Below, piece after piece: positions 28,637 to 38,544 of a stretch of DNA of 64,000 nucleotides. The position numbers and the translations under genes are program-made. The notes beneath the pieces were generated by a model. The model saw only the letters and a program-made list of their open reading frames with translations. It ran no database searches and was not told the origin of the DNA. Position 1 is the stretch's first letter; each line of letters starts with the position of its first letter. Origin of the DNA: a virus; the IMG/VR virus record IMGVR_UViG_2713897041_000002, positions 5,992-69,991 of that record; one strand, written 5' to 3'.

Positions 28637-29092
28637 TTACGCCGCCGGCGGCGGTACGATCTTCGGCGCACCGCTCAGCCGAATGCTGTAGCTGGACGAG
28701 ATGATCGCGTTCACCCCGCCGGACCACGAGTACTGGCGCACCATGCCGATCATCAGGAATTGCGATTTGTCGGAGAACGTGACGCGCAAGACGTGCTTCG
28801 CTTTCGTGGAGTGCGCAGCACGCAAGATCAACTGCCCCTCGTCGTCCGACGAGTAATTGCCCTGGACTGAGAATTCGCCCGGATCACCGAGGCCGAGCTC
28901 GGATTCCTTTTGCTCGCTAGCGAACGTCGTCGCGTCGATCTCTTCGGACTGGCCACCCTGCCACTGGATTTGCTTGGTGGTCGTGTTGAGATCAACGAAG
29001 GTGATGTCGTTCGCATCGAGGTCGTACGACGGCACCTTCGAAACTTCAACCTTGGTTCCCTGCGATCGGATACGCTTGCTTCTTTCGGCCAT
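28637..29092 (-). CDS. Major tail (tube) protein
   Basis: MAERSKRIRSQGTKVEVSKV..., 152 aa, directly upstream of G/GT/H in the canonical siphovirus V position. The long Arg-rich N-terminal extension in the track ORF is rejected. Confidence 0.65.
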   Translation of the reverse strand: MAERSKRIRSQGTKVEVSKVPSYDLDANDITFVDLNTTTKQIQWQGGQSEEIDATTFASEQKESELGLGDPGEFSVQGNYSSDDEGQLILRAAHSTKAKHVLRVTFSDKSQFLMIGMVRQYSWSGGVNAIISSSYSIRLSGAPKIVPPPAA

Positions 29093-29153
29093 AAGCCCCT
29101 CACAAATGAAACGGCCCGCACGCGGCGGGCCAAATGAATCGTCGTGGTGCAGG

Positions 29154-29501
29154 TCAAAACTCGACCGACAGTTCCAAGCTGACGCGGAAAAGTCCTGTGT
29201 CCGCCGAATAGTCGTCCGGCAGCTCGTCGACACCTCCAACCGAGAACCGATCCTGAACTGACATCGCGCGATCAACCGCCAGATCGGCAAGACGGTCCGC
29301 GTCGGTAAACGTCGGTGCGTAGCAGTCGATCTGATACGAACCAGAACGGCCACCAGTCGGGCCGGCAAGTGCCATATCGAGCGCGCCGTGAACGCGCGTG
29401 ACGACGAAATACCGCGCCGGCGCCTTCTCCGGTGCGACGCCGAGATACCCCTTCGCACCACCTATGCCCTGCAAGGCGTCACGGACTACGATCACGCTCA
29501 C
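29154..29501 (-). CDS. Tail completion/terminator-like protein
   Basis: 115 aa between the HK97 gp10-like gene and the tube gene. Order and size match the gpU/DUF3168 slot. Confidence 0.45.
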   Translation of the reverse strand: MSVIVVRDALQGIGGAKGYLGVAPEKAPARYFVVTRVHGALDMALAGPTGGRSGSYQIDCYAPTFTDADRLADLAVDRAMSVQDRFSVGGVDELPDDYSADTGLFRVSLELSVEF

Positions 29502-29920
29502 CGCCGCCCTCCGAGCGCTTGATCGATCGCGCGCGCCAACTCGGTGCGAATCGCCCCTTCAGCCTCGCCAATCGACGCATCGAACGCCGGTCGCATAAAC
29601 GGCTGCGCCTTCATGTGCTGTGTGCCGAACTCGTCGAAGCGCCAATAAAACGCGTTGTTCGGCGAATCGGCCTTGCCCTTCGTCCGGACGCGTACGCCTG
29701 CTGTCGCCAAGCCCGGAGCGTCCTTCTGCCGAAGTGCTGCTGAGACGATATTGCGGCGCAGCTTGCCGGTTTTCTTCGGTGCGCGCTTACGCGCCTCATC
29801 GCGTATCACCTTCGCACCGGCCACCGTCGCGCGCCGAAGCGCCTTCGTCGACTGCGATTTCGCCAGCCTTTCGAAATCCGCAAGCAGGTCGGCGAGCCCG
29901 ACGATCTGAATGCTAGACAT
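29498..29920 (-). CDS. HK97 gp10-family head-tail joining protein
   Basis: ...NAFYWRFDEFGTQHMKAQPFMRPAFDAS... is characteristic of the HK97 gp10 family. 140 aa. Confidence 0.6.
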   Translation of the reverse strand: MSSIQIVGLADLLADFERLAKSQSTKALRRATVAGAKVIRDEARKRAPKKTGKLRRNIVSAALRQKDAPGLATAGVRVRTKGKADSPNNAFYWRFDEFGTQHMKAQPFMRPAFDASIGEAEGAIRTELARAIDQALGGRR

Positions 29921-30242
29921 ACTTTTCTCCCACCTTCACCGATAGGTCGAGATACCCCCGTTTGCGCGCGGGCAGTACGGCCGTGATGTCGTAGAGCCGG
30001 CCGTCGTAGCGAACGCGCATCTGCTCGTCGATACCGGCTCGATAGCGGATGCGCATGCTTGCGATCGTTGCACCACGAACCGCGCCGGAGATGACGTGCT
30101 CCTTTCCGTTCAGAAAGAGAACATCGGCCCACGGCCGCGCATGCACGATCCACGCTCCCGGAATCGGCTCATCGTTCTCATTCGTCTCACCGCTCGGCCG
30201 CTCGATGACGATCCGCTCCTTCAATTTTCCCGTTTTCATCAG
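29913..30242 (-). CDS. Head-tail adaptor / head closure protein
   Basis: MKTGKLKERIVIERPSGETNE...VRYDGRLYDITAV is the typical head-tail adaptor signature (TIGR01563-like). ATGA overlap with the upstream gene. Confidence 0.6.
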   Translation of the reverse strand: MMKTGKLKERIVIERPSGETNENDEPIPGAWIVHARPWADVLFLNGKEHVISGAVRGATIASMRIRYRAGIDEQMRVRYDGRLYDITAVLPARKRGYLDLSVKVGEKYV

Positions 30243-30805
30243 AACCTCGGCGGAACAGTGATCGGATTGAGCAGGACGTCGGCATATCCGCCCGGCATTT
30301 CTCCTATGGGCTGCCCCTCCGAGAAGAGCTCTCGATGGTCGTAGGCCCATGCGGCTGCGAGCAGCATCCAAGTTCGCACCGACGGGTATCGCGCAAGGTC
30401 GACGCCTGCCTGGTACGTGATCGTCACGGCGCGCGCGAAAGGCCAACGCGCTTGCCCCTCGGGAACAAGAAGCGCCTCTCGCCCCAACTGAACAAGCTCG
30501 AAGGCGTCGGCGTCGAGCGTCGTTGTCGCTCCCGATGCATCGCGGATCTCAATGCTGTCGACGCGGATAACCTGCCCGACAGACAATGAAATCTCGGCAA
30601 GCGGAAACCCCGACAGGCGCTCCACGTAGCGCGCCTTGCGTATCGCCGCGCCAGACTTGCTCTCGGCCGCTTGCCGCGCGCCGGGGATCACGATGCGCTC
30701 GACGAAATCCCGTTCGTCGTCGTCATCGATGCGGCACTGAAAGGCTACCTCCTCGAACGTGAGCGGCTCCGCGTCGTCCAGATATTCGACGAGAACAGCA
30801 GCCAT
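30239..30805 (-). CDS. gp6-like head-tail connector protein
   Basis: 188 aa, immediately downstream of the capsid/decoration genes in the canonical head-tail connector position. Family assigned by position and size only. Confidence 0.55.
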   Translation of the reverse strand: MAAVLVEYLDDAEPLTFEEVAFQCRIDDDDERDFVERIVIPGARQAAESKSGAAIRKARYVERLSGFPLAEISLSVGQVIRVDSIEIRDASGATTTLDADAFELVQLGREALLVPEGQARWPFARAVTITYQAGVDLARYPSVRTWMLLAAAWAYDHRELFSEGQPIGEMPGGYADVLLNPITVPPRF

Positions 30806-30811
30806 ATCACG

Positions 30812-30997
30812 TTACCCCTTCGCTAAGGTGGGCTTGGCACTCTCGCCCTTCGCCGATACTTTTGCGCTCTTCGCATCCGCCTCATGAGCCGACGCAATAT
30901 CGGCATCGACGAGTTTGTCCGCATGCTCGTCATCGAACCCTGCGATGTCGCCGGGCGTGTACTTCCCGTAATGCCGCTCGAACTTGACCACTTTCAT
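30812..30997 (-). CDS. Small hypothetical head-module protein
   Basis: 61 aa, Lys/Asp/Ala-rich, immediately after the major capsid gene. Confidence 0.35.
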   Translation of the reverse strand: MKVVKFERHYGKYTPGDIAGFDDEHADKLVDADIASAHEADAKSAKVSAKGESAKPTLAKG

Positions 30998-31056
30998 GTT
31001 TCTCTCCGATGCGCGGCCCGCTTACAAACGGGCGGACCGCGCGATTGCGACTTCGC

Positions 31057-32364
31057 TTACGCGCCCCAGGCCACGCCGGACAGCACCGCGATCGACTCGA
31101 CGTGACGCGGGCCGAAGTCGTTCTTTGCGATCACCCGGATCAGCGTCTGGTCGCGCTGAAACGCACTGACCATGTGACCATCGGCGTCCTTGTAGGTGGC
31201 TTCCTTGCTGTAGTCGATCTCCAGCGTTTCTTCCTCGCCGATGAAGACGTCGCCGAAGTCGGTGAAATAGATCTCCGACTCTTTGCCGGCTTCACCGAGA
31301 TTGATCGGCACTTGCGTGGTTTTGCCTACCGGGTAGCCCTTCAGCATGCCGTTGGCGAGTTCCGAATAGACCTTGTTGCCGTTCCCGTCACGCAGACCTT
31401 CGAGGAAGCGGAACGTACGCGGGGCCATGATCCAGCCAGGCTGCGTCAGATTGGCGTCGGCATTTTCGAGCGCGAGAATGGCTTTGCCGAGGTCCGTTTC
31501 GATCTTCTGCAACGTCGAGCCGTCGCTTGCCGTAATGACGTTACCGGGGAGTGCCCAGAAGCGGAGGCCCTTCGGCGTGTTTGCCGTGCCGTCGTCGCGA
31601 ATAAACGCCTTGTCTTCGCGTGCACCGATCGCCGCGGTGAGGTCGCCAACCACGATCTGATCGACGTTCGGATTCACGCCGGCGTATTTGATGAGATCGT
31701 TGGCGATTGGTACCAGCGCAGCCATCTTCTTCGCCGTCAGTTTCAAATCGTCGAACTGCTGTTGTGTCGTCGGGATATCGGTGTCAGCGCCGATGTAGCC
31801 GACGATCGCACCGCCCTTCAGGCGCGGGATAGTGATGTTGCCGTTCGAGAGCGGCAGCGTGCGCGCGCCGAGCTTGCGAACGACGGACTTCGGACGCAGC
31901 AGTTCGATGACCTCGCTCGACAGGTTCTCAGGCACCAGGACGCCGCCAGCGCCCGGCGAAAGGGTATTAAGCGACATTGCGACTTCTTCGCCGAAACCGC
32001 GCTCGATCGCGAGCTTCGAGGCAAGCTGCGCGTCGCCGCGCGCCGCAGCGAGCGCGCGTACCATGCGCGCCATCTTCGCGCCCTTTACTTCCGGGGCTTT
32101 CGGTTGTGCATACACGGGCGCGGCGGCCGGAGCCGTGACGGCAGCCGGATTCGGGTCAACCGGAACGGCCGCGGCAGCCGCCATGCGTTCAGCGGCTTCC
32201 GCGCGTTCGATCTGCGCGGTCAGTTCGTTGAATTTCGAACTGAGTTGATCGAACTCGGCCTGTTGCTCGACCGACAGCGCCGTGCCACCCACCTCGATTT
32301 GTGCCAACGCTTGCACCCGCTGATTGACAGCTGCGCGTTCGCGGCGGAGTTCATTGACATTCAC
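31057..32364 (-). CDS. Major capsid protein, HK97 family
   Basis: N-terminal coiled-coil delta domain (ELRRERAAVNQRVQALAQ...), then an HK97-fold body ending ...LSGVAWGA. 435 aa, downstream of the protease. Confidence 0.85.
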   Translation of the reverse strand: MNVNELRRERAAVNQRVQALAQIEVGGTALSVEQQAEFDQLSSKFNELTAQIERAEAAERMAAAAAVPVDPNPAAVTAPAAAPVYAQPKAPEVKGAKMARMVRALAAARGDAQLASKLAIERGFGEEVAMSLNTLSPGAGGVLVPENLSSEVIELLRPKSVVRKLGARTLPLSNGNITIPRLKGGAIVGYIGADTDIPTTQQQFDDLKLTAKKMAALVPIANDLIKYAGVNPNVDQIVVGDLTAAIGAREDKAFIRDDGTANTPKGLRFWALPGNVITASDGSTLQKIETDLGKAILALENADANLTQPGWIMAPRTFRFLEGLRDGNGNKVYSELANGMLKGYPVGKTTQVPINLGEAGKESEIYFTDFGDVFIGEEETLEIDYSKEATYKDADGHMVSAFQRDQTLIRVIAKNDFGPRHVESIAVLSGVAWGA

Positions 32365-32466
32365 TACTCTTCTCCAAAAAAAATGCCGCCCGAAGGCGGC
32401 AGTGCTTGACTGAGACGCGAACGCGCTCCAGTGCAGAATGACGGGAATCCGATTTCTGACGACTCG

Positions 32467-33435
32467 TTACGTCATGGCCTGCATGTTCATCGCGGCTGCA
32501 CGGGCCGAAACGCTACGGCGCGTGTTCGAGCTTTGACGACCGGCTCGGGAAGCGCGAACTTCGGCTGCGATGCGATTGATCGCTGCCTGTGGCGTCTCAA
32601 CGCTGTCCGCGAGCCCAGCCTCAACGCCCTTCTGTCCGAAGAAGATGCCCGCCTGCGTGTCCTTTACCGCTTGCGTACTCAAACCACGGAAGTTCGCGAT
32701 TGCATCGACGAACTGCTTGTAGCTGTTTTGCACCATGCTCGTCAGGAACGTAAGAGACTGGTCGCTCAGCGGCTCATGAGGCGTGAGATCATTCTTATGG
32801 TCCCCGGCAAATACCGACGTCACCTTGATCCCCTGCAGCTCGTCCCGCTTCGAAACATCGAGATGGTTGGCGATGACGCCAATCGACCCTACGCCCGAAG
32901 TGCGGCTGACGATCACCTTCGATGCAGCGGCTGCGATCAGGTAGCCGCCCGAGAAAGCCGAGAAGTTGACGATTGCTGTGATCGGCTTCATCAACGAGGC
33001 AGCGCGGATGTCGTCCGCCAGTTCGAACGCGCCGGTCGCGCTCCCGCCGTTGCTGTCGATGTCGAGCACGATATGTTCGACGGCCGGATCTGCGACCGCC
33101 TGATTCACTGCGGCGCGCAAGCCCTCATAGCTCGTCATCGGCTCGCAGGGGTTCATGTGTGCGGATCGCGATACGAGAATCCCCGACACCGGAATGATGT
33201 CCATGCCGGTATCGGATACCAGGGCACGCCGGCGCTCCGATGCAGCAGCCATCTGCGCACCGCTTTCGAATTCGCCGTCTTCCATGATCTTCGGCTGCAC
33301 GCCGTTCACGGTCAGATTGACAATGTTCAAATTGAGCGCGTGATTCGCCCATTGCACCGCGAGCGACATCATCGGGTCCGTAACGAGCTGTGGCTGATTG
33401 AAAATCAGACTTGCCAGTCTGAGGTGCGGTTTCAA
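32467..33435 (-). CDS. Head maturation protease, S49 (SppA/ClpP-like) family
   Basis: IVLDIDSNGGSATGAFELADDI...FSGGYLIAAAASKVI is the SppA/S49 serine-protease core. It sits between portal and capsid. Confidence 0.8.
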   Translation of the reverse strand: MKPHLRLASLIFNQPQLVTDPMMSLAVQWANHALNLNIVNLTVNGVQPKIMEDGEFESGAQMAAASERRRALVSDTGMDIIPVSGILVSRSAHMNPCEPMTSYEGLRAAVNQAVADPAVEHIVLDIDSNGGSATGAFELADDIRAASLMKPITAIVNFSAFSGGYLIAAAASKVIVSRTSGVGSIGVIANHLDVSKRDELQGIKVTSVFAGDHKNDLTPHEPLSDQSLTFLTSMVQNSYKQFVDAIANFRGLSTQAVKDTQAGIFFGQKGVEAGLADSVETPQAAINRIAAEVRASRAGRQSSNTRRSVSARAAAMNMQAMT

Positions 33436-34691
33436 GAAAGGACCCTCCTAATTTCGTCGATTGCCGCTTTCGTCGGCTCGGTTTTGCCGACGGGAAGCGG
33501 CTGCGGCTTCGACGCGTCGACCATGTTCATCGGACTCAGGTAGATGTCGCCGCCCTTGACGGGCGGCATGTTCTCAAGCCGCCGAATGTCGTTGATCGAC
33601 AGCCAGCCCCACTGGCGTCCGACCGCGTATGCGGCGTAGCGCGACGACTGATCTCCTCGCAACAGCCCTCCGAGGTTGTATTCGATGAAGTACTGCTTGC
33701 GCTCCGACGGCAACAGGAGATCGCGCGTTTTCGCCTGCTCATGCCGCTTGACCCACGGCAACAGCGTGTAGATGACGAACTGGAGCGACTGGTGCTCGAT
33801 GTTGCTGAACGTCGCCCGCTCCAACTCGTTCACCATGTGGGCCGGAATCTTGTAGATCCGCGCGATATCGAGCGCCGAGAGCCGCAGCGCATCAATCAGT
33901 GCCGCGTCAACGTTCGTCATCGACAGTGGCTTGAACGTCATACCCTCCTGGAGAAGCGCGACTTTCTTCGCGTTTCCAGATCCGCCGAACTTTTCGTTCC
34001 AACCATCGGTGATGCGATCCACGCTGGTTTGGTCCTTGAGCGCCGGGGCATCCTTCGGCCGCTCGATCACACCCGACAGCGCCGTGCCGTTCATGAACGA
34101 CTTGCCGGCGTACTGCTGGATCGCCTGCGCATACCCGATCGCGTTCGCATGAAGCAAGACCGGTGACAACCCTGTGTAACCGTTGATCGACATCCAGCGA
34201 ACGTGATGCACCATCCGCCTCGGCATAGGATCGAACCCATAGACCCGATAGACCGGCATCAGGTCCGCGCCTTTCATGACCGTGACCGCCTCGTTATCCA
34301 GCGGATACAGCCCTTGAATGACACCGTCTTGATCGCGATCGATGAAGCTGTAGCTGTTGCCGCGAAGACCGGCAGCTACCTGTGACTGCTCCTGAAACTC
34401 AAACGGCGTCTGCCACGGATTCGGCTGGTATTTGAGGATCGAATACAGGGGGTGATCGATCGCCGGCTTTCTGTCGTCGCCCGAGCGTTCGTACAGCTCG
34501 ATCGGCAACTGCGCGATGCTCTCCGAAAGAAGCGTGACGCAGTTTTGCAGGACCGTCAGCGACAACGCACTTGCGGGGGTGACGACCTGACCGGATTCCG
34601 ACCGGGAGCGGCCTAACAGTGCCGATACCCATCCTCCACCGCCCATCTGCGCCTGACCGCCGTTGGACAGCAATTGCCTACTGAAAAACAT
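33432..34691 (-). CDS. Portal protein (HK97-family portal)
   Basis: 419 aa directly after TerL. Characteristic portal wing region (YAAYAVGRQWGWLSINDIRRLENMPP...). Confidence 0.85.
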   Translation of the reverse strand: MFFSRQLLSNGGQAQMGGGGWVSALLGRSRSESGQVVTPASALSLTVLQNCVTLLSESIAQLPIELYERSGDDRKPAIDHPLYSILKYQPNPWQTPFEFQEQSQVAAGLRGNSYSFIDRDQDGVIQGLYPLDNEAVTVMKGADLMPVYRVYGFDPMPRRMVHHVRWMSINGYTGLSPVLLHANAIGYAQAIQQYAGKSFMNGTALSGVIERPKDAPALKDQTSVDRITDGWNEKFGGSGNAKKVALLQEGMTFKPLSMTNVDAALIDALRLSALDIARIYKIPAHMVNELERATFSNIEHQSLQFVIYTLLPWVKRHEQAKTRDLLLPSERKQYFIEYNLGGLLRGDQSSRYAAYAVGRQWGWLSINDIRRLENMPPVKGGDIYLSPMNMVDASKPQPLPVGKTEPTKAAIDEIRRVLS

Positions 34692-34694
34692 GGG

Positions 34695-34880
34695 CTACTC
34701 CTTCGACGGGACTGCACGTGCGGCGCGGGCCGACGCCAGATCCGCCAGAAACGCCCACATCAAAAGCAGGACGCCCGCAACGATCAAGCCGACCGGCAAG
34801 CTGATCATTGCCACGCCGGTCACAAGCAACGCAAACCCAAGCAGGCCGGCCACCCAAGCCGCAATGCCAATTGAATTCAA
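34695..34880 (-). CDS. Small membrane protein between TerL and portal
   Basis: 61 aa containing two hydrophobic helices. Confidence 0.3.
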   Translation of the reverse strand: MNSIGIAAWVAGLLGFALLVTGVAMISLPVGLIVAGVLLLMWAFLADLASARAARAVPSKE

Positions 34881-36598
34881 ACGCCTACTCCTTGATCGTA
34901 GATCGACTCAGAATCGACTCGATCGGCCAGCATGGCCCGACCTATCGCCATAATCAGCGCAACAGCACCGTCGATTTTGTTGTCGTTACCCTGCTTGATC
35001 GGGCGCACCACGTCATCGTTGCCCGGCAGGTTCTTGCCGATGACATTGCTGATACACCATGTCATGATCGGGTTGCCGTCGTGATGGAATCGGCCCGCCG
35101 TAATCGCCGCCTCAAGCTCCTTCATTGGGTCCGACATGTTCGTGTAGTTCTGCACGATCGTGACCGGCGTCAGCCCTTCGTCCTCGAGCTGATGAGCCAG
35201 ATTCGTCGCGCCATGCGGATCGAGCGGAGTACATTGCACCGGGCACAACCGGTTCGCATCCTTCGCCTCCTCGAGAATGTCGCGATAGTCGATCTCCGCG
35301 CCGTCCGTTTCGAGCAGAACGCCCTGATTGACCCATGCCTGATATCGCTCCGCCATACGGCGGTTTTCGGTATTGCGCACAGTGTCTTCGGGTACCCAGA
35401 ACCGCGGCACAACGCAGAAGTAGTGCCGCCGCCCATCGATGTCGCGCCAGAAAAGCCGAGCCATGCTGTTCAGGTCGAGTTTGCGCGCCATGTCGAGCGC
35501 GAGCACGCAATCTTGCCCCTCGAACTGCTCGAGGGTCAGCGATCGGTTTTCGCATGCTTTCCAGTCTTCAAGGTTGAAATAGCCAGCCTTGGCCGACGTC
35601 CAGACGTTTAAATGCTTCGTCTTAAACGTGTTTGTGAAGCGTGCAGACTTGATTGCGCGCTGTTGCTGGCTTTCGAGATACTCCTGATAGACCGAGATCC
35701 CGATGTTCGGATTGGCTTTCGCCAGCACGCGCGGATCGGTCCAATCGTCCCCTTCGTCGATGGTCCAAATCCAGCCGAAGAGCTCGTCGTCGGGCACCGT
35801 CCCTTCGAGCATTTCGATCACCTGCCTGCGCTTGTCGAAGCACGGCCCCTCGATGTTCGCGCCCGCAGTCGTGATGATGAACATGAGCGGCTGTCGACGC
35901 GCGCCCATGCCAGTCAGCATCGTTTCGTACAATGCCGCGCTGTCGTGCTCGTGATACTCGTCTACGATCGCACACGACGGCGACGCGCCATCGCCCGGGT
36001 TGCCGATGATCGGCTCAAACCGGCTGCCGTCGGCTGGCTTGTTCATGTTCGAGGCATTCACCTCGATTCCAGCCGACTCAATCAGCATGGGCGAACGCTT
36101 GACCATCAGCTGTGCCGGACGAAATACCTCCCACGCCTGCTTTTCGGTCGTCGCGCCCGCATATACCTCCGCACCGAACTCGTCGTCGAGGACGAACATA
36201 CCGATGCCAACGCCCGCGGCAATCACCGATTTGCCGTTCTTTCTCGGGACCTCCCAGTAGCTTTCTCGAAACCGGCGCTTGCCGGTGCGCTTATTAAGCC
36301 ATCCGAACGTCGCCATCAGGCCGAACTTCTGCCACGGCTCTAGCGTTACCAGTTGCCCCTTGAACGCCCACTCGCCCTTCGTGTGCGGCAGCAGCTCAAT
36401 GAGTGCGAGCTTCCGCTCGGCCACCTCCGGATCGAACTTCCAGCGGAAGTCCTTCTTTCGGCTCGCAGCAAGGTCGTCAAGGTGGCGCTTGCAAGCGAGT
36501 TGCACATACCGACAAGCGGAGCGCTTGCCACGAACGACTTCTCGCGCGAACTTGAGCCCCTGCTCTACGCGCGGGAAATTCGTCGCCATGTCTTCCAA
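34877..36598 (-). CDS. terL: Terminase large subunit
   Basis: 573 aa with N-terminal ATPase and C-terminal RNaseH-like nuclease. It sits between TerS and portal. Confidence 0.9.
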   Translation of the reverse strand: MEDMATNFPRVEQGLKFAREVVRGKRSACRYVQLACKRHLDDLAASRKKDFRWKFDPEVAERKLALIELLPHTKGEWAFKGQLVTLEPWQKFGLMATFGWLNKRTGKRRFRESYWEVPRKNGKSVIAAGVGIGMFVLDDEFGAEVYAGATTEKQAWEVFRPAQLMVKRSPMLIESAGIEVNASNMNKPADGSRFEPIIGNPGDGASPSCAIVDEYHEHDSAALYETMLTGMGARRQPLMFIITTAGANIEGPCFDKRRQVIEMLEGTVPDDELFGWIWTIDEGDDWTDPRVLAKANPNIGISVYQEYLESQQQRAIKSARFTNTFKTKHLNVWTSAKAGYFNLEDWKACENRSLTLEQFEGQDCVLALDMARKLDLNSMARLFWRDIDGRRHYFCVVPRFWVPEDTVRNTENRRMAERYQAWVNQGVLLETDGAEIDYRDILEEAKDANRLCPVQCTPLDPHGATNLAHQLEDEGLTPVTIVQNYTNMSDPMKELEAAITAGRFHHDGNPIMTWCISNVIGKNLPGNDDVVRPIKQGNDNKIDGAVALIMAIGRAMLADRVDSESIYDQGVGV

Positions 36599-37090
36599 TC
36601 ATTTGCCGAGCAGCTTCGCGAAAGGGTTGTCCGTTGCTTTCGGCTTTGCGCCGACCAGGCGCTGCCGGCTCGCCGGGTCGAGCCCCAGCATTGCGCCGAA
36701 GCTTGCCATTTGTGCCGCCGCTTCCTTCACAACGGTCGCAGCTGGATTCTTCATCGGACTGCCTTGCGAGCTGTCGACGACAGGGCCGTTGCGAGTCAAA
36801 TCGTCCTGGGCGGTCCTCCAGTTGCCGTAGGCCGCACAGAAGATTTCTACAATGTGCAGGTCGGTCACTTGCAAGATGTTTTGTCCACAAAGCAGCGGCA
36901 CAACGCGCTCCCACATGCCCCGCGCCTCGCCGACAATCCAGTCCGGCGGCTCGATGTTCGTGACCAAGCCGAAGTCCGGCTCGTCCTTATTCAGCGCGCG
37001 TTTGCCGGGATTTCCCGCAGCGATTTTCCGTGCCGTCGGCTTGGGTTTTCTGCCCCGGCCCGGCACTGTCGCGATACCTCCCACTGGCAA
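36599..37090 (-). CDS. terS: Terminase small subunit (P27 family)
   Basis: 163 aa immediately upstream of TerL. The P27-family call rests on size and position; no residue-level motif was matched. Confidence 0.65.
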   Translation of the reverse strand: MPVGGIATVPGRGRKPKPTARKIAAGNPGKRALNKDEPDFGLVTNIEPPDWIVGEARGMWERVVPLLCGQNILQVTDLHIVEIFCAAYGNWRTAQDDLTRNGPVVDSSQGSPMKNPAATVVKEAAAQMASFGAMLGLDPASRQRLVGAKPKATDNPFAKLLGK

Positions 37091-37179
37091 ACTCCTGAAT
37101 TTTTAATTTCGCGGGCGTGAAAATTCGACGAAGCGGGCGGTCCCGGAGGCGACACCTCCTAGACTTTTTCACCCCCCTC

Positions 37180-37205
37180 CCCGCCCGGCGCATACGCCGG
37201 GCGGG
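37180..37205. other. Perfect GC hairpin within the HNH-TerS intergenic region (candidate cos/packaging-site element)
   Basis: CCCGCCCGGCG-CATA-CGCCGGGCGGG, an 11-bp stem flanked by C/G tracts in the 140-bp gap between HNH and terS. In HK97-like phages cos lies between the HNH and terS genes. Confidence 0.35.
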
Positions 37206-37231
37206 CAACGACGGGCGCAGCCACCACCACG

Positions 37232-37588
37232 TCACCTCAACCTCTCGCGCGCCGTCTTCGCCGCGTGACAGTCACGGCAGATCGCTTGCAGGTTCTCGTC
37301 GTGGTCGGTGCCACCCCGCGCCTTCGAAATAACGTGGTCAACCGCAGTGGCGACAGTCACGCGCCCTGCTTGCAAACAGGGCTGACAGAGGCCACTGTCG
37401 CGGCGTAAGATGCGCTGCCTGATCTTGTCCCACGCGGTTCCGTATCCCCGCGCATGACGATTGCCGCGCACCGCGTCGGACTTCCACTTGACGGCCTCGT
37501 GCGCATGTTGATCGCAGTGCGACTTACCATCCGCGACGAGCGCACCGCACCCCCGGTGCTTGCACGGCTTCATCGGGCGTCGTGCCAT
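37232..37588 (-). CDS. HNH endonuclease (terminase-associated)
   Basis: CxxC...HxxH...HDEN...CxxCH zinc-finger/HNH motifs (CDQHAHE...DHVISKARGGTDHDENLQAICRDCH). 118 aa. Confidence 0.8.
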   Translation of the reverse strand: MARRPMKPCKHRGCGALVADGKSHCDQHAHEAVKWKSDAVRGNRHARGYGTAWDKIRQRILRRDSGLCQPCLQAGRVTVATAVDHVISKARGGTDHDENLQAICRDCHAAKTARERLR

Positions 37589-37595
37589 CTCTACA

Positions 37596-37640
37596 AATCC
37601 GCTAACTTTGTTTGCATGTTTGTTAGCAATGTGCTAACAT
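37596..37640. promoter_or_regulatory. Overlapping inverted repeats upstream of the toxin gene (putative TA operator/promoter)
   Basis: GCTAAC-N15-GTTAGC and TTAGCA-ATG-TGCTAA lie within 50 bp of the higB-like ATG. Confidence 0.45.
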
Positions 37641-37646
37641 GCGTTC

Positions 37647-37904
37647 ATGCACTCAATCGAATTCACCAAACAAGCCGCCCAAGCCCTCAAGGCAATGCCG
37701 CGCAACATTTCGGCGACGATTCGGGCAAAGATCGATGCACTGGCAGTTGACCCCTACGCACCGAATCCGAACGCGAAAAAGTTGGCGGGCCAGCCCGGCT
37801 ACCGGCTCCGAGTTGGCGATTGGCGTGTGTTGTACGAAATCGAAGATGGCCGCGTCGTGATCGTTGTGCTGGCCGTCAAACCCCGTGGAGGTGCCTACAA
37901 ATGA
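37647..37904 (+). CDS. RelE/ParE-superfamily toxin (HigB-like, toxin-first arrangement)
   Basis: MHSIEFTKQA...KLAGQPGYRLRVGDWRVLYEIEDGRVVIVVLAVKPRGGAYK carries the RelE/ParE fold signature. 85 aa. Its stop overlaps the antitoxin start (ATGA). Confidence 0.75.
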   Translation: MHSIEFTKQAAQALKAMPRNISATIRAKIDALAVDPYAPNPNAKKLAGQPGYRLRVGDWRVLYEIEDGRVVIVVLAVKPRGGAYK

Positions 37905-38287
37905 CCGAAGTTCAATTTATCGAGCAGGACGGCCACCGGGCCTTTGCCGTGGTCCCCATCGAACTGTGGGACCGCGTGAAGGACCTGATCGAAGACCTCG
38001 AAGATGAAGCGCTCTACGCGCAGGCCAAGGCAAGCGACGACGGCCGCCGCATCCCGGCCGCTGTGCTCGATGCTGAACTGGCGGGCGATCACCCTGTTCG
38101 AGCTTGGCGCAATCATCTGCGCATGACGCAAGATGCGCTCGCCGCAGCAGCCGGCATCAGCAAACCGTATCTCAGCCAAATCGAAACCCGGCAGCGCGTC
38201 GGTACTACCGACGTGCTGTCTAAGATCGCCAGCGCACTTGCCGTGCCCGTCGACGACTTGATCGAGTTGCCGCCTGCACAGTCGTAA
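37901..38287 (+). CDS. Antitoxin with C-terminal XRE-type HTH (HigA-like)
   Basis: C-terminal MTQDALAAAAGISKPYLSQIETRQR is an HTH_XRE motif. The N-terminus is acidic. It lies downstream of and is coupled to the toxin. Confidence 0.7.
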   Translation: MTEVQFIEQDGHRAFAVVPIELWDRVKDLIEDLEDEALYAQAKASDDGRRIPAAVLDAELAGDHPVRAWRNHLRMTQDALAAAAGISKPYLSQIETRQRVGTTDVLSKIASALAVPVDDLIELPPAQS

Positions 38288-38544
38288 CGCAATGTCGCTC
38301 GTCTCGTCGATCTGCGTAATGCAGTCGCATGAACTCGATGACCGCCACAGCCGCACGCTCCCAGTGCGGACGACGGTGAAACATCAGAACAGCCATATCA
38401 GTTCCGGGCGCGGAAACGAAAAAGCCCGCGAGGCTTTCACCTTGCGGGCTTCATTTGGGCGCACCTCGCGCCCGACGTCGTCAATATAGCGAAACGCGGC
38501 GCGGTTTACAACCCCTTTTTTATAACGACATCGTCGGTCGGCAA

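Noticed and set aside
30998-31056. Imperfect GC hairpin between the capsid and the small downstream gene as an intrinsic terminator
   Set aside because: The stem has mismatches and no U-tract. At most it is an attenuating structure; not called.
31009-32409. 466-aa + strand ORF antisense to the major capsid gene
   Set aside because: Arg/Asp/Leu-rich low-complexity translation. The capsid gene on the minus strand has clear HK97-family features.
35612-37120. + strand ORFs (35612-36343, 36353-37120, 36279-36830) antisense to TerL/TerS
   Set aside because: Alternative-frame artefacts of GC-rich terminase genes.
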